Shown here piece after piece: positions 20,041 through 27,717 of a stretch of DNA of 64,000 nt (position 1 is the stretch's first letter; each line of letters opens with the position of its first letter). Both the position numbers and the translations under genes were made by a program. The notes under the pieces were generated by a model that worked only from the letters and a program-made list of their open reading frames with translations, was not told the origin of the DNA and did not search any database. This DNA is from a virus, in the IMG/VR virus record IMGVR_UViG_3300035670_000026, positions 85,818-149,817 of that record; one strand, given 5' to 3'.

Positions 20041-20623
20041 TTTTATTAAAGCTAGTTGCATAAAACATAGTCGAGAGGTAGTTACGGAGCGTATTAAAAA
20101 GCTCCAACCTCTCAACTATAATAAATTTATGTGGTGGCGTCAATTTACTGATAATGTTAAGCCATTAGGTAAACGTGCTACTCTTAAAGATCGAATCGCA
20201 AACCGTGAATTTGAACCATCAACTTATTTATGGCAGGCGCAATATGCTTTGTATCAAGCATTAGACAAAATCAATCTTCAAACTGATGATCATCAAAAGC
20301 AAATGGAAAATCTTGCTGTTGATTTGGCTCGTTATAAACGTTTGATGGAAGATTATGAAAAAGAAGAATCACAACGCATGGAAGCATTATATGATGCTTT
20401 TATATCTGCTTTCAAAATTACTAGAGAAGAATTAGAAGAAAAATTTCTTAATTGGCCCGGTGATATTGCTTCATTTTATAATCATGCTGAAAACTTTCTT
20501 TATACAACCCCAGCTGAAAATCGTAAAAATATGAGAGGTCGTCCTAAAAAAATACAACCTATACAAGTTCAAAACAAACTAAAACGTGGGAGAGGACGTC
20601 CTCGTAAAAATGAAATGTTTTAA
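20027..20623 (+). CDS. Hypothetical protein with two C-terminal AT-hook motifs
   Basis: RGRPKK and KRGRGRPRK; ATG at 20027 (ORF track starts at 20018). Confidence 0.65.
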   Translation: MGTYSFIKASCIKHSREVVTERIKKLQPLNYNKFMWWRQFTDNVKPLGKRATLKDRIANREFEPSTYLWQAQYALYQALDKINLQTDDHQKQMENLAVDLARYKRLMEDYEKEESQRMEALYDAFISAFKITREELEEKFLNWPGDIASFYNHAENFLYTTPAENRKNMRGRPKKIQPIQVQNKLKRGRGRPRKNEMF

Positions 20624-20625
20624 AA

Positions 20626-20775
20626 ATGATAGAAATTATTAGACATAGTTTAGGATTTTGTGGTGATCATTACCATCCAAATCTTTTTACAATTTTAGCT
20701 AGTGGGCTTGGAGTCCTCCCAGCTTTTAATTATATTTATTTCAAATATATTAAGCGTTATGACAAAAAGAATTAA
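20626..20775 (+). CDS. Small membrane peptide (49 aa) with His/Cys cluster; not in ORF track
   Basis: MIEIIRHSLGFCGDHYHPNLFTILASGLGVLPAFNYIYFKYIKRYDKKN. Confidence 0.5.
   Translation: MIEIIRHSLGFCGDHYHPNLFTILASGLGVLPAFNYIYFKYIKRYDKKN
20707..20736 (+). promoter_or_regulatory. Host-type promoter for the deazaguanine cluster
   Basis: CTTGG-N15-TAATTATATT, supporting a start at ATG 20759. Confidence 0.55.
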
Positions 20776-21556
20776 GGTTTCACATGAAGTTCCTTTTAGT
20801 TTATTGAATTATAGTCGTGAATTTAATGATTACGATTATTGTCTTCCTCATTTGTTAGACCAAAATGAAGAATATTTGGCTTATTTTAAACAAGCTAAGA
20901 CAGAAGGTCGTTATATTATAATGGATAATTCGCTTCACGAGTTGGGTGAAGCTTATGATTCAAATCGTTTATGGCACTGGATAAACGAATTACAACCAAA
21001 TGAATTTATTGTACCTGATGTTTGGGAAAATAAAACACAGAGTGTTGTAAACGCTCGTCAGTGGATTAAATATGAATATCCCGAAAATACTATCCCAGTA
21101 GCAGTAGTTCAAGCCCAAACACTTCATGAAGCATTTGAATGCACTCAAACTTATAAAGATTTGGGATACCAGAAAATTGCTTATTCATATGGTGCTTCTT
21201 ATTATAACGATGTTTGTGTTCATCCTAATAAACATTTAGGTAAAGCACTTGGTCGTGTATATGTAATTTCTACTTTGTATAAGCAAGGAGTTTTAACTCC
21301 AAATGACCGAGTACATCTATTAGGTTGCCAAGTACCTCAAGAATTTGGTTGGTATCAAGGTATTGAATGTATTGAATCAATTGATACATCAAACCCAATC
21401 ATGGCCGCACTAGATGGTAATACTATTAATTTCTTTGGTTTAACAGAAAAACCAGAAGCCAACATGAATAATTTTCAAGAATTACCTTCAGAAGATATTG
21501 ATTTGGATATTATTGATAATAATGTTGAAATGTTTCGTTTAATTAATAATTTATAA
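20759..21556 (+). CDS. TGT/DpdA-like transglycosylase (7-deazaguanine insertion)
   Basis: TIM-barrel-like motifs IMDNS, VPDV, AVVQ, VHLLG and SIDTS; lies ahead of queC/queD/queE/folE. Confidence 0.6.
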   Translation: MTKRIKVSHEVPFSLLNYSREFNDYDYCLPHLLDQNEEYLAYFKQAKTEGRYIIMDNSLHELGEAYDSNRLWHWINELQPNEFIVPDVWENKTQSVVNARQWIKYEYPENTIPVAVVQAQTLHEAFECTQTYKDLGYQKIAYSYGASYYNDVCVHPNKHLGKALGRVYVISTLYKQGVLTPNDRVHLLGCQVPQEFGWYQGIECIESIDTSNPIMAALDGNTINFFGLTEKPEANMNNFQELPSEDIDLDIIDNNVEMFRLINNL

Positions 21557-21559
21557 GTT

Positions 21560-21763
21560 ATGGACACACAAACCGAATATAAATCATTGTTTGATTATCT
21601 AGGTCACGCCGCTGGTAGTGATCTGGGAAAACAAGTAGCTGCAGCTGCATCAGCAGAAAAAGTAAGAATTTCTGCCAAGTACGTTCAAAATTCAAAATAT
21701 AAAGGAGAAATTTTGATGTATCCTATTGATTGGTTAGACTATTACTTTTCAAATAAAAAATAA
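21560..21763 (+). CDS. Hypothetical protein
   Basis: 67 aa, SLFDYLG.AAG..LGKQV; AAGTTATG start context. Confidence 0.65.
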   Translation: MDTQTEYKSLFDYLGHAAGSDLGKQVAAAASAEKVRISAKYVQNSKYKGEILMYPIDWLDYYFSNKK

Positions 21764-21764
21764 T

Positions 21765-21899
21765 ATGAACCAACAACAAATAAACCCAGCTTGGGAAGCT
21801 GAAATTAAGAAAGTTTTAGACGAACTTTGGAAAAATCGTTTTAATTTAAGTTTGCGTAATGTAGAAACTTTACGTAGATTCGCTAATAAAAAATCGTAA
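21765..21899 (+). CDS. Small hypothetical protein (44 aa); not in ORF track
   Basis: ATG 21765 to TAA 21899 fills the gap before queC. Confidence 0.5.
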   Translation: MNQQQINPAWEAEIKKVLDELWKNRFNLSLRNVETLRRFANKKS

Positions 21900-21900
21900 T

Positions 21901-22776
21901 ATGGCAAAACATGTAGTAGTTAGTCTTAGCGGAGGGATGGACTCCTCAACATTGTTACTTCGTTGCTTAAAAGAGTACGATACAGTAACAGCACTTTCAT
22001 TTGATTATGGACAAAAACATAGAGTTGAACTTGAACGTGCTCAATCGTTAGTAGATTATTTGAATTCTAATTGTGAAGAAAATAATTGTTATGGGGGTTG
22101 TAAAGTAAACTACCGAGTTATTAAGCTCGATGGTTTAGTTGATTTACTTAATTCAGCACTCGTAACAGGTGGAGATGAAGTACCTGAAGGACATTATGCT
22201 GAAGAAAATATGAAAGCAACAGTTGTTCCTAATCGTAACAAAATCTTTGCTTCAATTACTCAAGCAGTTGCACTTTCAATTGCTGATAAAACAGGTGAAC
22301 CATGTGACATTGCAATGGGTATTCACGCGGGTGATCATGCAATTTATCCTGATTGTCGCCAAGAATTCCGTGATGCAGATGATGCAGCATTTAGAATTGG
22401 TAACTGGGGTTCTGAGAAAGTAGGTTACTTTACACCATATCTTGAAGGTGATAAATTTACCATTTTACAAGATGGAGAAGTATTGTGTAGTGAATTAGGA
22501 CTTGATTTTGATGAAGTATATTCTCGTACAAACACTTCATATAAACCAATTTATATTCCTTATCCTGAAAGTAAATCAAGAGTAGAAGAAACACTTAGAA
22601 CTAAATTTGGTGAATGGTATTCTGATTACAAATCAGCATCGTCAGTTGAACGTGTAGAAGCGTTTATTAAATTAGGTCGCCCTGATCCAGTAGAATATGC
22701 TGACGAGACCGGTCCTGTAACTTGGGAACATGTAGTAACAGAAGTATTTAAAGTACTAGAAAGTTATGAAAAATAA
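21901..22776 (+). CDS. queC: 7-cyano-7-deazaguanine synthase
   Basis: SGGMDS, FDYGQKH, VPNRN and YPDCR motifs. Confidence 0.93.
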   Translation: MAKHVVVSLSGGMDSSTLLLRCLKEYDTVTALSFDYGQKHRVELERAQSLVDYLNSNCEENNCYGGCKVNYRVIKLDGLVDLLNSALVTGGDEVPEGHYAEENMKATVVPNRNKIFASITQAVALSIADKTGEPCDIAMGIHAGDHAIYPDCRQEFRDADDAAFRIGNWGSEKVGYFTPYLEGDKFTILQDGEVLCSELGLDFDEVYSRTNTSYKPIYIPYPESKSRVEETLRTKFGEWYSDYKSASSVERVEAFIKLGRPDPVEYADETGPVTWEHVVTEVFKVLESYEK

Positions 22777-23329
22777 TCCTTTTAAACGTCTTCAAGAATT
22801 AGCAGGAATTATTACCGAAGAAAAACAAACATACGATTATGGTTGTGCTATGTTGTATTTTAATCTTCCAGAAATGAATAAAATCCATGATGCTATTAAT
22901 CCTAATGATGTTTATATTCAAGAGGGTGATCGCTCATTTGGATTTGAGACTGAACCACATTGTACTTTGCTTTATGGTTTACACGAGGGAGTAACAACAG
23001 AAGATATTGAAAAAGTATTAGATAAGTATACTTATTATACTTGTAAAGCACATAACGCCTCTTTGTTTGAGAATCCTGAGTTTGATGTTTTAAAATTTGA
23101 TGTTAAGGGGGATAATTTAAATGAGACAAATGCTGATTTACAACAATATCCATTTACTTCTAATTTCCCTGATTATCACCCACACATGACTATTGCTTAT
23201 TTGAAATCAGGTAGTGGAAAAAGATATGTTCAAATGCTTAAAGGTGTGGAATTTGATTTGGCACCTCAGTATGCTGTGTATTCAAAACCAAATGGTGATA
23301 AAGATAAAATCAATATTAAAATAGATTAG
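22766..23329 (+). CDS. 2H phosphoesterase, Acb1 / T4 57B-like
   Basis: Two HxT motifs, PHCTLLYG and YHPHMTIAY; N-terminal extension KRLQELAGIITEE. Confidence 0.75.
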   Translation: MKNNPFKRLQELAGIITEEKQTYDYGCAMLYFNLPEMNKIHDAINPNDVYIQEGDRSFGFETEPHCTLLYGLHEGVTTEDIEKVLDKYTYYTCKAHNASLFENPEFDVLKFDVKGDNLNETNADLQQYPFTSNFPDYHPHMTIAYLKSGSGKRYVQMLKGVEFDLAPQYAVYSKPNGDKDKINIKID

Positions 23330-23332
23330 ACT

Positions 23333-23617
23333 ATGAGTGATGGAATTACAGAAGCTCGTAGAGGTACTTATTGGAAAAACGACAAATACGACAAAAGTAT
23401 AATTAATTGGGAATTACATCAACAATTAAATAGTAAAAAATCAAAAATAGATAAAGATTTTAAACATATGCCTAACCAAAAATGGCATAAAATTATAAGC
23501 TTTATCAAATCAGGAGTGCGTATCTTAGGATACGCTCTTCTCCCATTTAATTTGGTAGTTGCAACAATTGTACTTATATTTAGCGAAGTTATTGGAATTA
23601 TAGAAGAATTAGTATGA
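23333..23617 (+). CDS. Small membrane protein
   Basis: Hydrophobic C-terminus SFIKSGVRILGY...EVIGIIEELV. Confidence 0.6.
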   Translation: MSDGITEARRGTYWKNDKYDKSIINWELHQQLNSKKSKIDKDFKHMPNQKWHKIISFIKSGVRILGYALLPFNLVVATIVLIFSEVIGIIEELV

Positions 23618-23820
23618 TAAAAAGACACTACCGAAAATCACTTCCCCAACCTGAAATGTACATTATAGTAAATCAGGATGGAAAAGTATTTATTGGTTTA
23701 AAAGGTGGTTACCCTGAATATTCTTCAGATTGGTCTCAAGCCAAACCACTATTTATAGAGAACACAAAACATCTTTTAAGAGAAAAAGGAACAGAATTAA
23801 TTAAAGAATCAGAATTATGA
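23614..23820 (+). CDS. Hypothetical protein
   Basis: 68 aa with ATGA overlaps on both sides. Confidence 0.6.
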   Translation: MIKRHYRKSLPQPEMYIIVNQDGKVFIGLKGGYPEYSSDWSQAKPLFIENTKHLLREKGTELIKESEL

Positions 23821-24065
23821 AACAACTATGGTATTTTTCGGCTCCCTGGTGTGGACCGTGTAAACAATTTGGTCCTACTATGGACCGTGTATCCAACCAA
23901 GGTATCCCCGTTAATAAAGTAAATGTAGATTATGAACCAGATGCTACTACTAAATTTGGAATTAAAAGTGTCCCTACAGTTATTTTAGTAGAAAACGGAC
24001 AAGAAATAAAACGCTTTACAGGTGTAAAATCAGAACAAGACGTAATTAATTTTTATAATGGGTAG
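23817..24065 (+). CDS. trxA: Thioredoxin
   Basis: WCGPC active site and SVPT cis-Pro motif. Confidence 0.92.
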   Translation: MKQLWYFSAPWCGPCKQFGPTMDRVSNQGIPVNKVNVDYEPDATTKFGIKSVPTVILVENGQEIKRFTGVKSEQDVINFYNG

Positions 24066-24522
24066 TTTTAGATCAACAAAAATATTTGATGGTTATTCAA
24101 CAGTATTTCGTCAATGGAAAGCTACAGATACCCATTGTCGTTTTTTACATGGTTACGGAGTAAGTTTAAAAGTATGGTTTGAAGGCGATCTTGATCACCG
24201 CAATTGGGTTTGGGACTTTGGGGGTATGAAACGTACTAAAGGTACCATTGATGGTATGAATCCTAAAGAATGGATGGATTATATGCTTGATCATACTACA
24301 ATTATAGCAGAAGACGATCCATATCTTTCTTATTTTCGTAACATGGATTCCGAAGGTATAATTCAATTACGAGTAATACCCAATACAGGAGCAGAATGTT
24401 TTGCTCAATATTTTTATTACAAACTAAATACATTTATTCAAAAAGAAACAAATAAGCGTGTAAAAGTAGTTCAAGTTGAATTCCGTGAACACGAGAAAAA
24501 TACAGCATTTTATAAAGGTTAA
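24058..24522 (+). CDS. queD: 6-carboxytetrahydropterin synthase
   Basis: CRFLHGY, WDFG, LDH and E motifs of the T-fold. Confidence 0.85.
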   Translation: MGSFRSTKIFDGYSTVFRQWKATDTHCRFLHGYGVSLKVWFEGDLDHRNWVWDFGGMKRTKGTIDGMNPKEWMDYMLDHTTIIAEDDPYLSYFRNMDSEGIIQLRVIPNTGAECFAQYFYYKLNTFIQKETNKRVKVVQVEFREHEKNTAFYKG

Positions 24523-24523
24523 T

Positions 24524-25306
24524 ATGGCATTAAAAAGAATTGAAGATTATAGTAAAAAGCTTCCAATTGTAGAGCTTTATACTTGCGTACAATCAGAAGG
24601 CAGTAGAGCAGGTCGTCCTACTGTTGCTGTACGCACAACAGGATGTACTCACCGTTGTTATTTCGGTGAAGGAGGATGGTGTGACTCTTGGTACACTAGT
24701 ATCCACCCAGAAAAAGGTAAATATTCATTTCAGGATATTGTAGACATTTATGATGCTCATCCTGAAATTACTGAAATGATGCTTACTGGAGGTTCTCCTA
24801 CTATGCATCCAGCACTAGTAAATGAATTGACTCATTTTGCTCACGAAAGAGGAATTATTATTACTATTGAAACTGAAGGATCTCATTTCCTAGAAACTGA
24901 TCATCCTATTGGTCTTATTAGTTTTAGTCCTAAATTTAACAATTCAGTTCCTGTTTTAGGAGTACTTACACCTCAAGGTTCAGTTACTGATCAAAAGATG
25001 ATTGACAAACACAATAGTTTACGTTTAAATAAAGTAGCTATTAAACAATCAATGGAATATCATGCTGATTACCATATGAAAGTTGTAGTTAATCCTGTTG
25101 AAGACCCTGAAACTTGGAATGAAATCAAAACATTCTTGGATGAATTGGAAGTACCTAAAAATAAAATTTGGATTATGCCTCCTGGAGATAACCGACAAGA
25201 ATTGATTCGAGTTTATCCTATGGTAATTCAATGGTGTACAGACAACTATTATAATTTTACAGGTCGTGAACACATCATTGCCTTTGATACAAAGCGTGAA
25301 GTTTAA
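24524..25306 (+). CDS. queE: 7-carboxy-7-deazaguanine synthase (radical SAM)
   Basis: QSEG..GRP, CTHRC-x7-CDS, TGGSP, ETEG and SPK motifs; start at ATG 24524. Confidence 0.9.
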   Translation: MALKRIEDYSKKLPIVELYTCVQSEGSRAGRPTVAVRTTGCTHRCYFGEGGWCDSWYTSIHPEKGKYSFQDIVDIYDAHPEITEMMLTGGSPTMHPALVNELTHFAHERGIIITIETEGSHFLETDHPIGLISFSPKFNNSVPVLGVLTPQGSVTDQKMIDKHNSLRLNKVAIKQSMEYHADYHMKVVVNPVEDPETWNEIKTFLDELEVPKNKIWIMPPGDNRQELIRVYPMVIQWCTDNYYNFTGREHIIAFDTKREV

Positions 25307-25317
25307 TATTTATTTTT

Positions 25318-25830
25318 ATGGGTAGTAAACAAGTATTATTTACTGAATTAGAATTACAAAACAAAGTAGGCGAACTTGCTTATAACATTAAAAAACAAAA
25401 ACATGATTTTCCTCCCGTGTTTATATGCGTTTTAAACGGCGCATTTATGTTTTTTACGGATTTAGTGAAGCGAATGGATGAATGCGAAATAGACTTTATA
25501 CGCGCGAAATCATACGAGGGAATTACACAGAGTACAGTCAAAATTACTAAATCTATTGAAATTGATATTTCAAGAAAAGATGTTTATCTTGTAGATGATA
25601 TTTACGATACAGGAGAAACAATGAAAGAACTTACTAACCACCTTAAATTATATAATCCTCGATCAATCACTCCAGTTACTTTATTTAAACGTTGGAGTGC
25701 AAAACATCCCGATTTAATTTATGGATTTGAATTGTATGATGAGGCCTGGCTTGTAGGTTATGGTTTAGACAATGAAAAAGGTCTCCAACGAAATCTTAAA
25801 CATATCCTTGGAATCCCAAGAGAAGATTAG
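25318..25830 (+). CDS. hpt: Hypoxanthine/guanine phosphoribosyltransferase-like protein
   Basis: VLNGAFMFFTDL, PRPP loop VDDIYDTGET and VGYGLD. Confidence 0.85.
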   Translation: MGSKQVLFTELELQNKVGELAYNIKKQKHDFPPVFICVLNGAFMFFTDLVKRMDECEIDFIRAKSYEGITQSTVKITKSIEIDISRKDVYLVDDIYDTGETMKELTNHLKLYNPRSITPVTLFKRWSAKHPDLIYGFELYDEAWLVGYGLDNEKGLQRNLKHILGIPRED

Positions 25831-25836
25831 TATATT
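25807..25836 (+). promoter_or_regulatory. Host-type promoter for the DIP1984-like cassette
   Basis: CTTGG-N15-TTAGTATATT. Confidence 0.65.
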
Positions 25837-25853
25837 ATATAAAAATAAAAGTC

Positions 25854-26282
25854 ATGAATGTATCTCAAGCATTAAAGCAAAAAAACAAATTAACTGTTGA
25901 ATTAAAAAAACAGTACCAAATTGCACAAAAATTTAATTCCCAAGAAGAAGGGAATATTAGACGTTATTCAGTGCAGGACGCATTGGATAAAGCTGCCGAG
26001 TTAACTATGGAGTTAACTGACCTAAAAACCAAGATCCACTTGGCAAACGCTCCTGTATACGATAAGATCTTTCGTATGGCTGAGTTAAAAGGCCGTATCA
26101 AGGAATTAAGAAAAATTCCAACGGAAGAAGGAAAAGCTGAATCACGATACAGTTCAGTAGTATCTGTAAAAGAAGTGGAAATTAATATTACCCAACTTGA
26201 TGAAATGGTCCAAACACTAGAAGCAAGAATTGAAGAAATTCAAGCTGAGTTGGACGTTCATAACGCAACAACCCAAATTTAA
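25854..26282 (+). CDS. DIP1984/DUF6847-like helical coiled-coil protein
   Basis: 142 aa; M.vsqAL start, N..EEG, L..LK..I..AN, RYS and terminal N.TT.I match my recollection of the family pattern. Confidence 0.65.
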   Translation: MNVSQALKQKNKLTVELKKQYQIAQKFNSQEEGNIRRYSVQDALDKAAELTMELTDLKTKIHLANAPVYDKIFRMAELKGRIKELRKIPTEEGKAESRYSSVVSVKEVEINITQLDEMVQTLEARIEEIQAELDVHNATTQI

Positions 26283-26284
26283 TT

Positions 26285-26479
26285 TGAGTAGGGAGTGATG
26301 ATGAATTAATTTTTGATGTCTTACAATTCTACTATGAGCCACATAGCGGATAAGTGATGATGATAAGGTTTATCCAACATCAAAATTTAAAAACTCAAAA
26401 CATCAATCCTCGCGCACTTCAATAAATTTAAACCTCTTTGAACAGGACTAAAATTATTGATTCTGACTCGCTCCCCTCA
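26285..26479 (+). ncRNA. Putative structured non-coding RNA downstream of the DIP1984-like gene
   Basis: 5' and 3' ends pair (26285-26310 with 26456-26479) with tandem GA/GA, several nested stems, and no ORF in the longest ORF-free gap of the region. Confidence 0.65.
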
Positions 26480-26485
26480 TTTTAA

Positions 26486-26515
26486 TTTGGATATTTTAAA
26501 TATCCTTTATATATT
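26486..26515 (+). promoter_or_regulatory. Host-type promoter for folE with palindromic spacer
   Basis: TTTGG-N15-TTTATATATT; inverted repeat GGATATTT-T-AAATATCC at 26489-26505. Confidence 0.65.
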
Positions 26516-26537
26516 AAAAACATAAAATAAATAAGTT

Positions 26538-27242
26538 ATGGAAAATATCGAAAATAAACGTCGTAAAAAACACGAAGACATTGAGTGTGTTCCTGTAGGT
26601 TATGCTAATGGAGTAGCAGCAGGTTTTCCTTTTACTGATAAAGAAAAGGAATCAATGATTGAAGAAGCAGCCGAAGCATTTGGCCAGTTTCTTGATGCAC
26701 TAAAATGTGATTGGCGAAAGGATCCTAATTCAATGGAAACTCCTCGTCGCGTAGCCAAAGCATATGTAAATGATTTGTGGAAAGGTCGTTATAATAATTT
26801 TACTGAAATTACTTCATTTCCTTCAGATGGTTATGATGGAATTATTATTGAACGTAATATTCAACTTACGTCAATGTGTTCTCACCATCACCAAACAATT
26901 CGTGGTGTAGTACATATTGGTTATGTAGCTGGAAACGAAGGTCAAGTAATTGGTTTGTCTAAATTAAATCGTATTGTAGAACATTTTGGTCGTAGAGGTG
27001 CTATTCAAGAACAACTTACATCCGCTATTCACCAAGCAGTAGATAAAGTGTGTGAAGCTAATCGTGGTGTAATTGTAACTGTAGTTGCTACTCATAATTG
27101 TGTAAGTTGCAGAGGTATTAATCACCAAGGTGCTGCAATGGTAACTACTAAAGCATCAGGTGTGTTTATGGATAATAATAATCAAGCACGTAAAGAATTT
27201 TTTGATTCACTTAAAATTAATAATGGTCATGTCTCAATCTAA
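26538..27242 (+). CDS. folE: GTP cyclohydrolase I
   Basis: TPRRVAK, SMCSHH, GLSKLNR, IQEQLT and HNCVSCRG motifs. Confidence 0.95.
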   Translation: MENIENKRRKKHEDIECVPVGYANGVAAGFPFTDKEKESMIEEAAEAFGQFLDALKCDWRKDPNSMETPRRVAKAYVNDLWKGRYNNFTEITSFPSDGYDGIIIERNIQLTSMCSHHHQTIRGVVHIGYVAGNEGQVIGLSKLNRIVEHFGRRGAIQEQLTSAIHQAVDKVCEANRGVIVTVVATHNCVSCRGINHQGAAMVTTKASGVFMDNNNQARKEFFDSLKINNGHVSI

Positions 27243-27717
27243 GGAAAATTATGTCCCGTTTGTAAGCGAAGTTGAAGAATTTAACGCTTTAATGAATAAA
27301 CCCAATAACTATGAACCAACAATTCCAGAAAATAGAGCTGAATGGGAATTTGTTTATAACTTCATTCTCGAAGAACTTGAAGAATATAAACAAGCTTGCG
27401 AACGTGGGGACATCGTGGAAGTTTTGGATGCGTTGTGTGATATTACTTATGTATCCCTTGGGAACGGTGCTATGCTTCATGGTCTTAAGGATAAAGTTTG
27501 GCCCGCTTATATGGAAGTACAGGCATCAAATTTATCAAAAGCTTGTTCTACACAAGAAGAGGCACAAGCGACTGTTGACTTACGTTCCCGAGAGCAAGGC
27601 GAAGGATGTCACTATGAACAGGTTGCTGACAAGTATGTTGTATATCGTACTAGAGACCGTAAAGTAATGAAGTCTATCAATTACTTTAAACCTAATCTTA
27701 AGCAGTTTTTTAAATAA
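27229..27717 (+). CDS. MazG/PRA-PH-like all-alpha NTP pyrophosphohydrolase
   Basis: EELEEY, DALCDITYV and EVQASNLSK motifs; start at ATG 27229. Confidence 0.8.
   Translation: MSQSKENYVPFVSEVEEFNALMNKPNNYEPTIPENRAEWEFVYNFILEELEEYKQACERGDIVEVLDALCDITYVSLGNGAMLHGLKDKVWPAYMEVQASNLSKACSTQEEAQATVDLRSREQGEGCHYEQVADKYVVYRTRDRKVMKSINYFKPNLKQFFK

Noticed and set aside
26285-26479. TIGR-like or snoRNA-type box C/D guide array, CRISPR array or tRNA
   Set aside because: Only two C-like motifs and one CUGA, no regular repeat-spacer period, no cloverleaf, and no Nop-domain or Cas gene recognised. Kept only as a structured RNA.
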